The notes beneath the pieces are model-generated. The model saw only the letters and a list, made by a program, of their open reading frames with translations. It searched no databases and was not told where the DNA came from. DNA of 64,000 bases from the NCBI GenBank assembly GCA_002503055.1, contig DAQX01000023.1:15297-79296 (forward strand), given 5' to 3'. Position 1 is the first letter of the stretch. Each line of letters opens with the position of its first letter. This document shows, piece by piece, positions 49,195 to 59,800 of this stretch. A program made the position numbers and the translations under genes. The stretch comes from Euryarchaeota archaeon UBA86. Lineage in GTDB: Archaea; Thermoplasmatota; Poseidoniia; Poseidoniales; Thalassarchaeaceae.

Positions 49195-50538
49195 GTGTAT
49201 CTAATTACAATAGAAGGCGGAGATGGAAGTGGCAAGGGTCTGGCCACAAAGATAGTCTCAGAAGTTCTGCATAAGGAATTCTCATTCACCTCGGTAGAAG
49301 TGACGGGCGAACCTCGAAGAGAGCACCCCTTAGGCAGATTGGCAATAGATGCTGTTCGTGAGAGGAAGATGCCTCCGGAAGAGGAAGCCGGCCTCTTTGC
49401 AGCCGATAGGGTAGACCATTCTCATGGGTGGATACTTCCTAGGTTGGAGGAAGGCAAAGTAGTAGTTAGTGAGAGGAATATTCACTCTTCTCTAGTGTAT
49501 CAGGGAATTGTTGGAGGGGCAGGAGTTGAAAGAATCGCGAATATGAATTCAGCAGCCTTAGTGCCCGACCTATGCATTTGGGTTGATTGCGACCCCGAGG
49601 TTGCCATGAAGAGAATACAGAGTGGAACTCTCAGGGCGCTTAGCGATAAAGAAGAATACTTCGAAACTACCGATCTCCAAAGAAGCATTAGACAAGGCTA
49701 CGCATCTCTATTATCTGGAGAGATTGAGATGCCAACTCCATTCGACATGGGTGCCCTTATCGGGCCCATTTTGAATGAAGGTACTGAGTCCGAATTCAGG
49801 GCCGAACTTACTAGGAGAATTCGCAGATTTATCCATAACAGGCATCCGCCGCTGAATGTCGATGTAGAAACTGTAGAGAGGCATCTGATTCGCAGACTCC
49901 TCAGGACTAGAAAGGGCCAGACCACTCTGAGTGGTATCGGAGTAGAGCCCTCTGGCTCGAGCCAAGATTGGCTTGGAGGAATCGCACCTTGGCGAGCCGT
50001 TAGAGACTCCCAAAAAGAACACTCCTCAGTACTTGCTAGCCTAGGCGACAACACTAGGGCAGATATACCGAAGAACATCCTATCTCACTCAATGGCCTCA
50101 GTCTGCGGAACCTTATCTCTAGTGCCATCTGCCGATATCTCAGAGCTTCGTTCCGCCCTAGGTCCCGTGAGAACTGTCTCCGAGCGTCATACTCAGAGGA
50201 TAGTGAAGTATCTGCATGAGCATACAGATTGGGTCCACAAACACAAATCTCTGCTTGGCAGGGAAGCACCGAGATCAATTCTCAGGCAACGATACAGGGC
50301 TGTAGGGATGACTTTGCTTGCTATATGGCCACTCAAAGAGGCAATCAGGAAATGGATGGAAGACAACCCTACAACTCATCTCAGATATTCTATGGGACAG
50401 ATAGTAAGATCCGGGCAATACCCCTCGGCGATAAACGACACTTTGGCTAGGATTTCCCTTCTTGGTCCAGGAACAGATGGAAGAAGTGCTCCGGCCGGAC
50501 CTAGCGGGCTTGTTACTTGGTGGCAACACTCGGCATAA
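49195..50538 (+). CDS. thymidylate kinase-like domain fused to a ~240 aa C-terminal region of unknown function
   Basis: GTG start. 'YLITIEGGDGSGKG' P-loop, 'LFAADRVDH' and 'VVVSERNIHSSLVYQG' (cf. DRY..SslAYQG) cover the first ~200 aa. The remainder has no recognisable motif. Confidence 0.65.
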   Translation: MYLITIEGGDGSGKGLATKIVSEVLHKEFSFTSVEVTGEPRREHPLGRLAIDAVRERKMPPEEEAGLFAADRVDHSHGWILPRLEEGKVVVSERNIHSSLVYQGIVGGAGVERIANMNSAALVPDLCIWVDCDPEVAMKRIQSGTLRALSDKEEYFETTDLQRSIRQGYASLLSGEIEMPTPFDMGALIGPILNEGTESEFRAELTRRIRRFIHNRHPPLNVDVETVERHLIRRLLRTRKGQTTLSGIGVEPSGSSQDWLGGIAPWRAVRDSQKEHSSVLASLGDNTRADIPKNILSHSMASVCGTLSLVPSADISELRSALGPVRTVSERHTQRIVKYLHEHTDWVHKHKSLLGREAPRSILRQRYRAVGMTLLAIWPLKEAIRKWMEDNPTTHLRYSMGQIVRSGQYPSAINDTLARISLLGPGTDGRSAPAGPSGLVTWWQHSA

Positions 50539-51306
50539 TCACTTCATCATCAGTCTGGCATTTGCAGGTAGGGAAACTCTTGTTGCATCTTCTTCAAAGA
50601 ATGCCGCACGGGCGCACAGTGCGGCCGAGAACCACCAGCCAATTACTAGGCCCGAGAATAGTCCCGTGACGACCCTAACTGGATTAGTTGACTCATACCC
50701 AGTCAGAAGTTGAGTAAATCCATCTATGCCCATCGGGACAAGGCCAATCCCAATCACAAGTAGCATAGCGACCATTCTCCTATCTTTGAGATACAGAGTT
50801 TCTATTTTCTCATCAGGAAATACAGATAGGAAAGTATCGCGAACAGTCCATCTGTTCAATCCTCTAAGGCCGAATAAAGCAGCACCGATGAATAGTCCTA
50901 GGAAGATACCAATGTCTCTGGTACAGACAGGCATTTGATTTCCATTAATTTCCCAAGATCTCTCGTGCTTTTGATGACAATTCAAGTCACCAAATGCGTA
51001 GACAAATCCCCAAAACGGATTTAATTCAGACCAAGCAAATGTCCCCCTAGAGGGTTGATCGTGTCCTAATTTAGCATCATCTCCATGATTCAAATTACCC
51101 CAGCTTTCTTGACTTGCATAATCCAAAGCATTGGCTCTGCCAGATAGTTCCGGTACTGCCCCTTCTGGTAGGACAAGAGGAACTAGAAAGCATAGCAATA
51201 GATACGCTCCGACCGCAGCAGCGACATTTCTACCTACTCTCTGCTCACGTTCACGACTAGTTAGTCCATTACGTAGGGTCACAATTTCAGCATCGTTGAG
51301 TAGCAT
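50539..51306 (-). CDS. DUF2085-family membrane protein
   Basis: 'NCHQKHERSWEINGNQMPVCTRDIGIFLG' (family pattern CHQ.peRSf...g...pvCaR..Giy.G) plus several TM helices. Confidence 0.6.
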   Translation of the reverse strand: MLLNDAEIVTLRNGLTSREREQRVGRNVAAAVGAYLLLCFLVPLVLPEGAVPELSGRANALDYASQESWGNLNHGDDAKLGHDQPSRGTFAWSELNPFWGFVYAFGDLNCHQKHERSWEINGNQMPVCTRDIGIFLGLFIGAALFGLRGLNRWTVRDTFLSVFPDEKIETLYLKDRRMVAMLLVIGIGLVPMGIDGFTQLLTGYESTNPVRVVTGLFSGLVIGWWFSAALCARAAFFEEDATRVSLPANARLMMK

Positions 51307-51362
51307 TTGATGTTTTTTCAGACCACCCCTGAATTCTTGAGCGATAACCGCTTAGGGCAATT

Positions 51363-52145
51363 GTGGCAGACTTAGGTACAAGGGATGCAGTCTGGTTGGG
51401 AATCGTTGTAGGATCTATGGTCGCAGTCATGGGTTCGTTCATTGTTTTCTTTCTCAGTGGCCTCGATAATCCAGATGTTCCCAAAGCCGCTCGTTCTGGT
51501 GCAGTTTCAGGACTGGCGGCTTCGGTCATAGTGACAACATTCGCTCTCCACAGATTGAGGGAACAATCGAAATCTGGCAGAGATATGAAGTCTATCAGAG
51601 AGGCCGAGGTAATCAAAGTCAGAGCGATACTTACTCCGATAGAAGAAAGAACATATGTTTGGGCCTCTAAATCTTGGTCGGTGGAAGAGAAGATACGAAG
51701 AGATAGAGGAGTCTTAGTAGTAGATTTACATGGCCTCGATGTACCATCAGCTGCAGCCTTGGCAGATATGTTATTGGAAAATAGATCAAGCCTTGGTCGC
51801 CTGAAAATAATTACCGGAAATGGAGAGGGCACTCGTCCAAGTTCTGCCGACCCCGGAATCAGACCAGCTGTCATTCAACGACTCAAAGTTGGTGCATTGA
51901 AAGCAGAGTGGCAGATTATTCAGAAGTCAAGCTCATTAGTTCTCAGACCAATGGGAAGGGCACCAACTCCAAGACAATGGGCTACACGCTTCGCCGTTTT
52001 CATCATTCCAATGACGGGGACCATGACTCTGGCATTTCGAGACTTGGCAGGAAGTAGTTTTGAGCAGCAGGGGATGATGTTTGGAGCTGCGGCAGGAGTG
52101 TTGATGACTGGATTACTATCTAGTTACAGAGACCGCACTTCCTAG
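51363..52145 (+). CDS. membrane protein with a central Smr-like domain
   Basis: GTG start. Two N-terminal and two C-terminal hydrophobic helices flank 'VVDLHGLDVPSAAALADMLLENRSSLGRLKIITGNGEG' (Smr pattern lDLHGl..eA...l..fl.......v.iIhGkG.g). Confidence 0.5.
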   Translation: MADLGTRDAVWLGIVVGSMVAVMGSFIVFFLSGLDNPDVPKAARSGAVSGLAASVIVTTFALHRLREQSKSGRDMKSIREAEVIKVRAILTPIEERTYVWASKSWSVEEKIRRDRGVLVVDLHGLDVPSAAALADMLLENRSSLGRLKIITGNGEGTRPSSADPGIRPAVIQRLKVGALKAEWQIIQKSSSLVLRPMGRAPTPRQWATRFAVFIIPMTGTMTLAFRDLAGSSFEQQGMMFGAAAGVLMTGLLSSYRDRTS

Positions 52146-52311
52146 GAATAGTCCGGCACTCCTTCACAACATGCCTCGACTACTCTTCTACACCTCGGAC
52201 ACTCCATGTGCTGCCTCATAGGAATTGCCGAGCCAACGAATCCACATTCGCATCGAATATCTTCACAGTGGTCTACATCCACGAAGACTCTTGAGAGGAA
52301 GGGGGCACAAA

Positions 52312-53427
52312 TCAGTTTTCCATGCCAGAACCTAGTCTTTCTAGTTCGGAAGAAAGTAGGACAACCAACCAATCATGCAGATTTTCACTGCCCATTTCGG
52401 ATAGAGTAGAGTTAAGGAAGGCTGCAATCAGAACCCTCCTTGCCTCTGATGGGTCCAAACCTCTGGCTTGTAGATAGAACAACTGGTTTTCATCTAGAGG
52501 GCCATTTGCGGTGCCATGCCCACAACCCACAACCTCATGTTCGAGAACTTCCAACTCTGGAATCGAATCGGCTTCAGCGTTTTTGGAGAGTAGAAGATTG
52601 TGGAAAATCTGGGCCGCATCGGCTCCCCTTGAACCATCCATTACTTTCAGCATCCCAGTACCTACAGTCCTACTATTGCCACCGCATGCTGAATGCCAAG
52701 AGAGTCTACTGAAAGTCTCCGGCGCATCATGCAGAATCTCCACATGATGGTCAAGATGCATTGAGCCGGCCCCTAGAACTGAACCAAGAACTCTAACACT
52801 CCCTCCTGATTCTTTCAGAAGATATCTTAGATCTGTCTTTGTTTTGTCCGAGCCCGATGAAACGGTACCGACTCGAACCTGTGCATCTCTTCCGATATCC
52901 AAGGAATCTACTCTGAGCATCGTACCTTGCTGCATCAGCCCGACCACGATATCGTTTACGACACTACCAGAACCGACCTCTCCAGTCCTCAATAGTCCAA
53001 ACCAGTCTCCAGAACCTCTGACACGAGTAATCAGTTCGAACTCACTCAGATCTCCTATCTGTAAATTCAGATGAACTGCGGAACTACCTTCTCCTGTGTC
53101 AATATCAAGCAAAAGAGGCATATCTAAATTGAATTTTGAATCTATCTTGACTTCCCACCCAGAAGTAGCGGTAACCGCTCCTAGAAATGAAAGCGTGAAA
53201 GGATCCGAGTCAGGTAAATCACCCAATTCCAAATCCACTCTCTCCAGTGAAACTCCCTCTGGAACAGTACTCCCATCGAGTTTGGCTATCGAGACAGACG
53301 CCGAACTGATCTCTGGAACTTCCGTTACATCGCCCGTGGGGTGAACTCTTCTCCAAGGAGTGTATCTCCATAGATGGTCAGCCCTCTCGGGCTGTGGCAG
53401 TGATAGGTAATCAGCAGCGGTTTGCAA
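52312..53427 (-). CDS. sufD: Fe-S cluster assembly protein SufD
   Basis: It lies downstream of sufB. The beta-helix C-terminal region 'ADSIPELEVLEHEVVGCGHGTANGPLDENQLFYLQARGL' matches the SufB/D family. Confidence 0.85.
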   Translation of the reverse strand: MQTAADYLSLPQPERADHLWRYTPWRRVHPTGDVTEVPEISSASVSIAKLDGSTVPEGVSLERVDLELGDLPDSDPFTLSFLGAVTATSGWEVKIDSKFNLDMPLLLDIDTGEGSSAVHLNLQIGDLSEFELITRVRGSGDWFGLLRTGEVGSGSVVNDIVVGLMQQGTMLRVDSLDIGRDAQVRVGTVSSGSDKTKTDLRYLLKESGGSVRVLGSVLGAGSMHLDHHVEILHDAPETFSRLSWHSACGGNSRTVGTGMLKVMDGSRGADAAQIFHNLLLSKNAEADSIPELEVLEHEVVGCGHGTANGPLDENQLFYLQARGLDPSEARRVLIAAFLNSTLSEMGSENLHDWLVVLLSSELERLGSGMEN

Positions 53428-53436
53428 GCCACCACC

Positions 53437-54849
53437 TCAGCCTATGCTTCCTTCCATTTCAAGGGCCATCAATTGATTCAACTCAACTGCATATTCCATA
53501 GGTAACTCTCTAGTAAATGGCTCAAAGAACCCGTTTACAATCATCGCAAGGGCCTCTTCTTCGGAATGGCCTCTACTCATTAGGTAGAACAACTGATTAT
53601 CACTGACCTTGGAAACACTGGCCTCGTGCTCACACCTCGCAGTTGGGTTGGCGACCTCCATTGTTGGGTATGTGTCAGAGCGACTTTCTTCGTCTAGAAT
53701 CAATGCATCACAAACTACGTTCAGTTTACAGTTCTCTGCCTTAGGAGATACTGTCACCAGTCCTCTATAGGTCCCCCTCCCTCCATTCTTACTTATGCTC
53801 TTGGAGAGAATCTTACTAGTGGTGTTGGATGCCAGATGATGGATTTTTGCCCCTGCATCCTGATGCTGACCGTCTCCTGAATATGCAACCGAAATGACCT
53901 CTGCGTGAGCTCCCTCTCCCTTCAGGATAACAGCCGGGTACTTCATCGTCAACTTGCTGCCGATATTTCCATCAACCCACTCAATCTTTGAATTTTCATG
54001 CGCAATACCTCTCTTGGTGACAAGGTTGTAAACATTCGAACTCCAGTTCTGTACTGTCGAGTACCTGATATGAGCGCCCGGTAGTGCGATCAACTCAACT
54101 ACAGCAGAGTGCAATGAGTCGGTTGAGTAACTTGGCGCCGTACAGCCCTCGACATAGTGAATGCTGCTACCCTCGTCGGCAATAATCAGAGTCCTCTCAA
54201 ATTGCCCCATATTCTTCGCATTGATTCTGAAGTATGCTTGTACCGGCATCTCGACATGAACTCCCTTCGGGACATAGATGAATGACCCACCGGACCAAAC
54301 TGCAGTGTTTAGGGCCGAGAACTTGTTGTCAGTTAGTGGAACTACTGAGCAGAACCACTTCTTTACTAGATCTGGGTACTCTTTCAGTCCTCTATCCATG
54401 TCAAGGAATATGACACCTTGCTCCTCCAAGTCCTCACGGATGCTGTGGTATACGGCCTCCGACTCGTACTGTGCAGTAACTCCGGAGAGCCACTTCTGCT
54501 CGGCCTCTGGAATCCCTAGTCGGTCGAAGGTGTTACGAATCTCCTCGGGAACATCATCCCAGTCTTTCTCAGTCGCCTCCGATGAGCGCAGGTAGTAGCA
54601 AATAGAATCGAAATCAATTTCATCTAGTGTACTTGTATTACCCCACTTGGGCATAGGACGCTTGACAAAGTGATTGTACGCCTTGACGCGGAGTTCAGTC
54701 ATCCACTCTGGCTCTTCTTTGAGTTTGGAAATCTCCCTAACTACTTCCTCAGATAGGCCGAAGTCGAATCTAATGGTCGAATTCTCAGTATCTTTCCATC
54801 CTGCCTTGTAGTCCCCAACGACTTCTCTGGCTTCTTGATTGTCCGGCAT
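53437..54849 (-). CDS. sufB: Fe-S cluster assembly protein SufB
   Basis: '[20 protein letters not shown]', 'HYVEGCTAP', '[35 protein letters not shown]'. Confidence 0.96.
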   Translation of the reverse strand: MPDNQEAREVVGDYKAGWKDTENSTIRFDFGLSEEVVREISKLKEEPEWMTELRVKAYNHFVKRPMPKWGNTSTLDEIDFDSICYYLRSSEATEKDWDDVPEEIRNTFDRLGIPEAEQKWLSGVTAQYESEAVYHSIREDLEEQGVIFLDMDRGLKEYPDLVKKWFCSVVPLTDNKFSALNTAVWSGGSFIYVPKGVHVEMPVQAYFRINAKNMGQFERTLIIADEGSSIHYVEGCTAPSYSTDSLHSAVVELIALPGAHIRYSTVQNWSSNVYNLVTKRGIAHENSKIEWVDGNIGSKLTMKYPAVILKGEGAHAEVISVAYSGDGQHQDAGAKIHHLASNTTSKILSKSISKNGGRGTYRGLVTVSPKAENCKLNVVCDALILDEESRSDTYPTMEVANPTARCEHEASVSKVSDNQLFYLMSRGHSEEEALAMIVNGFFEPFTRELPMEYAVELNQLMALEMEGSIG

Positions 54850-55634
54850 CAGGCCACCCCCTCTGCTGCCATATTCTCGACCCAGTCGTAACCATTTTCT
54901 TCGAGTTGTGTCGCTAGCTCGGGCCCCCCGGAAGCAACAATTTTACCTCCGATTAGAACATGAATGAAGTCCGGCTTAACATGCTCTAGAATTCTCGAGT
55001 AGTGAGTGATAATCAAGGCACCCGAATCAGTACCTCTGACAGCGGCATTAACGCCCGATGCAACAGTCTTAATCCCGTCAATGTCAAGCCCACTATCTGT
55101 CTCATCTAAGATGGCGAGTTTAGGTTTTAGGAGCATCATCTGGAGAATTTCGAATCGCTTCTTCTCTCCGCCACTGAATCCATCATTTACATATCTGGAC
55201 AGAAAGCTTCGAGGGATTTTCAGTTGATCCATTGCCTCGTTTAATTCCTTTCTGAAATTGGCACCCTTGGCTGCATCCTCGCCTCTGATACTGGCCACCG
55301 ACTTACGCAGGAAGTTACCTACTTGAAGGCCTGGAACAGCTTGAGGATATTGGAAGGAGAGAAACACTCCCCGACGAGCGCGTTCCCAAGGGTCCTCGTC
55401 GAGCAGACTATCTCCATTGAGCAAAACATCTCCCTTCTCGACCTCGTAGTCAGGGTGGCCCATGATGACATTGGCAGCGGTCGTCTTACCACTCCCATTT
55501 CGGCCCATGATGGCATGAACTTCGCCCGGCAAGATTCTCAAATCTATGCCTTTGAGAATGCTCGTATCGTCTATTCCGACATGTAAGTCTACGATTTCCA
55601 TCAAGGCTTCTGCCTGCCCGGATGCGGCTGTCAT
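54849..55634 (-). CDS. sufC: Fe-S cluster assembly ATPase SufC
   Basis: '[11 protein letters not shown]', '[14 protein letters not shown]', '[14 protein letters not shown]', 'ITHY'. The stop overlaps the sufB ATG (TGATG on the minus strand). Confidence 0.96.
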   Translation of the reverse strand: MTAASGQAEALMEIVDLHVGIDDTSILKGIDLRILPGEVHAIMGRNGSGKTTAANVIMGHPDYEVEKGDVLLNGDSLLDEDPWERARRGVFLSFQYPQAVPGLQVGNFLRKSVASIRGEDAAKGANFRKELNEAMDQLKIPRSFLSRYVNDGFSGGEKKRFEILQMMLLKPKLAILDETDSGLDIDGIKTVASGVNAAVRGTDSGALIITHYSRILEHVKPDFIHVLIGGKIVASGGPELATQLEENGYDWVENMAAEGVA

Positions 55635-55718
55635 GTCATTATCCCGGAATCAGCCCCTTTTGAATGTCTGCTTGCGTGTTAGGTCACCCTAAAATCACAT
55701 CACTACTCCGCCTCGTTT

Positions 55719-56213
55719 GTGAACTTGCCTCGTGAATCACAAGACTCGGCTACGGACTCTCTTGAGGAATCCTACCGAGTTCAGATAGAGGATGCCATGA
55801 GAAAGGAATCAGAGAGACGAATTATCGAGACCCACGACCCCGCCGAGATATCCAGATTGCAAGCATGTTCTCTAGTTGATTTAGCAAAATCAGATGATGA
55901 CGATTTTGTACCCGCTCTGATGGCTAGACTAGGGCCAGTCAGAGCAGCATTGGATGGCCATGGAGGAGGACTGGTTGTTACAGAGTCTAGAGTTGTGAAA
56001 ACCCCAACAGGGAACAGCCTCACATTAATTCTAGATCTTGATGGTGCATGTGTCTCTTGTGGGGCAGCACCGGGTACTCTGCAAGGAATACAAGATGACC
56101 TTTTGATTGACCCCGAGGTTATTGAGGTACGATTCAACTCAGGTATGTTGGAATGGTTCGATGACCTACAGCGCGAGTTTGTTCTCAAACACGGCGGAGT
56201 GACATTTGTCTAG
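55719..56213 (+). CDS. NifU C-terminal (Nfu)-like Fe-S scaffold/carrier domain protein
   Basis: 'LDGHGGGLVVTE...LILDLDGACVSCGAAPGTLQGIQDDL' carries the CxxC Nfu motif. It is divergent from sufCBD. The start is uncertain (GTG 55719 or Met 55797). Confidence 0.7.
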   Translation: MNLPRESQDSATDSLEESYRVQIEDAMRKESERRIIETHDPAEISRLQACSLVDLAKSDDDDFVPALMARLGPVRAALDGHGGGLVVTESRVVKTPTGNSLTLILDLDGACVSCGAAPGTLQGIQDDLLIDPEVIEVRFNSGMLEWFDDLQREFVLKHGGVTFV

Positions 56214-56845
56214 ATAATAAGCGAGGAAATTATTTCAATTGCACCGTGCGCAAATCCGAGAACCGTGACTTCTTCTCCCTCGATTAATGATGCGTTCTCT
56301 CCAGCCAATCCGGCTAAGTCGTATGCCCCAGCCTTACCTTTCCACGATCCGCTGGAGACAAGGTTAGCCAACACATCTTGAGTCAATTCATCAAACTCAA
56401 CCACAGCAGATTCAGACCAAATGTCGGCTGTCCACCCGCCGTGTAGTATTTCTGTACCATCTCTGTTAAATGCAGGAGAGTAAAGTATTGCAGTACAGGA
56501 CCAAACACGATGTCTTCTTCCCGAAAGTCCCAACAACATACTGGCCGCCATCAATTCATCAATTGGTTGCCCCAATGCAATCAACGGATCAGTTGGGTCT
56601 TCTACAAGCGTATCGGACACGACAACCAAATCAGGCTGCCCGCCACTGATTGTAACCTCCTGAGCAGCAGCTTCGGCCTTAGCAGAGCAAATCAATTCAA
56701 CTCGTTGAGACACCTCAATTCCACTTGAAGGATTAATTTCATCCGAAGCCAGGGCCCTAGATTCTAATTTTGTAGATTCATTCACAATCTCGGATAGAAT
56801 CTCGCGCCTGCGCTCGGATGCAGATGCAAGCAGAATCGATATCAT
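56210..56845 (-). CDS. maf: Maf-like nucleoside-triphosphate pyrophosphatase
   Basis: 'ILLASASERRREIL' (family pattern LASaSPrRreLL), 'VVVSDTLV' and 'GKAGAYDLAG' (cf. GkAGaYgiQ). Confidence 0.8.
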   Translation of the reverse strand: MISILLASASERRREILSEIVNESTKLESRALASDEINPSSGIEVSQRVELICSAKAEAAAQEVTISGGQPDLVVVSDTLVEDPTDPLIALGQPIDELMAASMLLGLSGRRHRVWSCTAILYSPAFNRDGTEILHGGWTADIWSESAVVEFDELTQDVLANLVSSGSWKGKAGAYDLAGLAGENASLIEGEEVTVLGFAHGAIEIISSLII

Positions 56846-56852
56846 AGGAGCC

Positions 56853-59800
56853 TCAGAGAACTATCCGCTCATTGCAGACCGGGCAATTCACTGAGGAATT
56901 GCCCATTGCAATCTCAAATCTACTGGAACAACTCGGACAGATTACTGGCATATTCATCGGCGGAGGAGCAGGTAGGGCCGAGGCGCTTCCTTCCTCTGGA
57001 ACGGGGATCTCCGGCAAAGGAATAACTGGAGTTGACATATCCTCGACAGGTGTGGAAGTTACAACTTCATCCACCAATTCTACTTCTTCTGAATCTTCAG
57101 GTCTAATCACGGCTACTACCTTGATGTCCGACTCATCAACAACATCAACCACATCTTCCTCTAATATTACGACTCCAGAGGCAACACTTCTGTTCCTTCT
57201 GATCCATCTGAGTCCTCTGGCTGAGAGAGTCACTAGGATGACAGTACAGAGAAGCAGTACAGCGATTGCAAAACCTCCGAGTAGAATGTTGAAATTCTGT
57301 TCGTCTAGACCCAGTTGGTGGCGCAATATCTCTAGGATTGAATCTCCTACTCTATTGGGATCATTATCGTCAATCACAGCCCTAATCTGCCAACCGCTAG
57401 CAGAAGTATGGATGAATAGAGTTTCACTGCTAGAAGGGGATCTGTCAACTAGGTACAGATTGCCAAGATTGAGCCTATCGTAAATACCGAACCATCCTTC
57501 TTCTGGATCAATTATGCCGTAATTGACCTGTGGGCCTGTCGGCCCAACTAGATCGAATAGGACTTGGACTCCTCGGGAAGTCTCTACAAGATCTATCGCA
57601 CTCATTCCTCTAGCGGGGAATGTTGCAGTCAGATTATCGATTTCGTTAAATGAAGAGTCAGCAATTATTGCGACCATCTCAGCATCCAAACCCTCCCCCT
57701 GTTTCCAGGTGGCCACAATCCTCTCTTCATCATCAATTACAAACACCATCATCTTCGCAAGTGTGACATCATCGGCGACGGATTTCCTGAATGTCCAAGA
57801 CGACTGCTCAATCAATCCATGCGCATACCATAGGCCATGCCTCTCTATGTTGGTTGAATCGCTCCTAGACGATTTGTAAAGGAGATGTGCACCATCGTCA
57901 TCACCGAATTCCACTTCAAGAGAAGTCGTCTCTCCAGGAATTAGATCAATCTCATCGACCACATTCGGAGTTAGTGACCAGTCCGAGGACTTAGTAGGCG
58001 CATCCGCGTGAAGGATGAAAACACTAGTTTGCTCTCCAAACGAACTACCACTCATCATTTCCCTATGGTATCCGGAGACAAGAATTTCTGAATCATCCAC
58101 ATCGATATCTATTCCCCAATATTTGCCATCGGAAAGCAGAATTGGCTGCATAAGATCCTGAATTGGGGTCATCTCACAACTAGCATCGATTGTAGAGTAA
58201 CTTAGCGTCTGCCTAAAGTAACCTGTAGAGTCAATGAAACGCCTAGTCCAGACTATGTGAGCCCAACCATCCTCTGTACTACTGAAAGCAAGATCTCCCG
58301 ACCACATTTCATCCAATACATTTGTGCATGAGGTCAACATCCTGTTGGAATTCAGTCGATACAGAGAGAGAACTCCTTCCTTCTCGGTAATCACTAAACC
58401 TTCATCATCGAGATCTATTAGTCTGATTGGAATCTCTCCGGTTCCGAATGTCATTGATCGTGAACCAGTCAGAGTTGATTCATCGACTAGTACTGTAGAC
58501 TCGACTTGATTGTTGGACCAGTCCAAATCGGCCAGACCGGTCCCGGTAACAGTTATTCTGACATCTACCGGTCCTGATTGGTTCATTTTATGGGCGAATG
58601 AAATCTGCGAGGCCCCTTGGCCCATAACAAGAGGAATCGCTGTTGAAGATACCAAAACCCATCCAAGACCATTGTGAATCTCTAGAGAAGCCTCGACACT
58701 CGTAGCATCTGTAGAGCCCAGATTGTCGACCCTTGCTGTGATAAGGAATTGATCATTTGGTCTTGGAATTGGTGGCTCAGTTCTGATAGCCCCGTCTCTG
58801 AATGCAAGATCAACTCCCTGTGGTCTTTGGATTACAGGGAATGAAATCGACTGATCGTTATCTGTCTCATCCAATTCCTCAATTGTATTTGCAGGATCTA
58901 GGGAAACCAACACCGTCTTTTCTCCTATTGTAGTTGGGTTCCAGTACAGTACTACCTCTACTATGTCTCCGCTATCGATGCTTGGCAACACCATCTCATC
59001 CTTGCGAGCACCATCCTCATAGAGTGAGATTGCCAAGTTAGAAGCTGCCATGTCGCCATCATTTCGAATTTCGGTTCTTACTTCGAGGAAGGTATTGACA
59101 TATGTCTCACTGATGGGGATCCCGTACTCTTCGACTGAAAGCCCTGTCCTGAAAATTAGATTCGCCGCCGGTGGGTCATTATCTACTTCAACAACTCTCT
59201 TCACTTCCTCAGAGTAGATGCCATCGCCACTAACCATCCTGGCAGAGATTCTGTAGAAGCCATCGTCCACTTCCTCCGTATCCCAAGTTACTGACCAGTC
59301 TCCATTAGAGCTGCCACTGCCTCCGAATGTCTGCGCAGTTTCCCACGCTTCCGTACCTATCCTCCATTGAACTGTACCTCCGTTGACTGACTCCCATGTC
59401 CCGAAGACATTGACGCTTCCCGAGACGGCCTCTTGGCCACTGGGGCCCCCCATTGTGACAGCGATGAGACCAACTTCGTGCTTCTGTTTGGCAACCTTAC
59501 TCCACTGCTCAAACTCATTCTTCGCCTGAGCTTCGATAATGACTTCAATAACCTCAATCTCTTCTTCGGTGAATTCAGGCAGAGTGAATGGAGTAGTCCA
59601 ATTGATGGTGCCCTGTGCTACATGCCAGTCGACTAGGACAACTTCTCTTTTTGGCTCTCCTTCGGGCCTATGAGAGTACGAAATCCTGACTGATACCTCA
59701 TCAATCGTGCCATTGGTATCTTTGTCCTCGTCGATATGCCCTCTAGCGCTGTAGGTCTCGCCTTCAACTAACCAAGCATCTTCTTCGGGACTTTCTATGA

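Noticed and set aside
51287-51874. 195 aa minus-strand ORF overlapping the Smr-like gene and the DUF2085 start
   Set aside because: The plus-strand frame contains TM helices and the Smr-like DLHG...GNGEG block, while the minus-strand product has no recognisable feature. I retained a caveat in the findings because the plus-strand gene uses a GTG start.
56872-57483. 203 aa plus-strand ORF opposite the 3' end of the subtilase gene
   Set aside because: It is Ser/Thr-rich low complexity antisense to the acidic tail and TM region of the S8 gene. It has no motif or start context.
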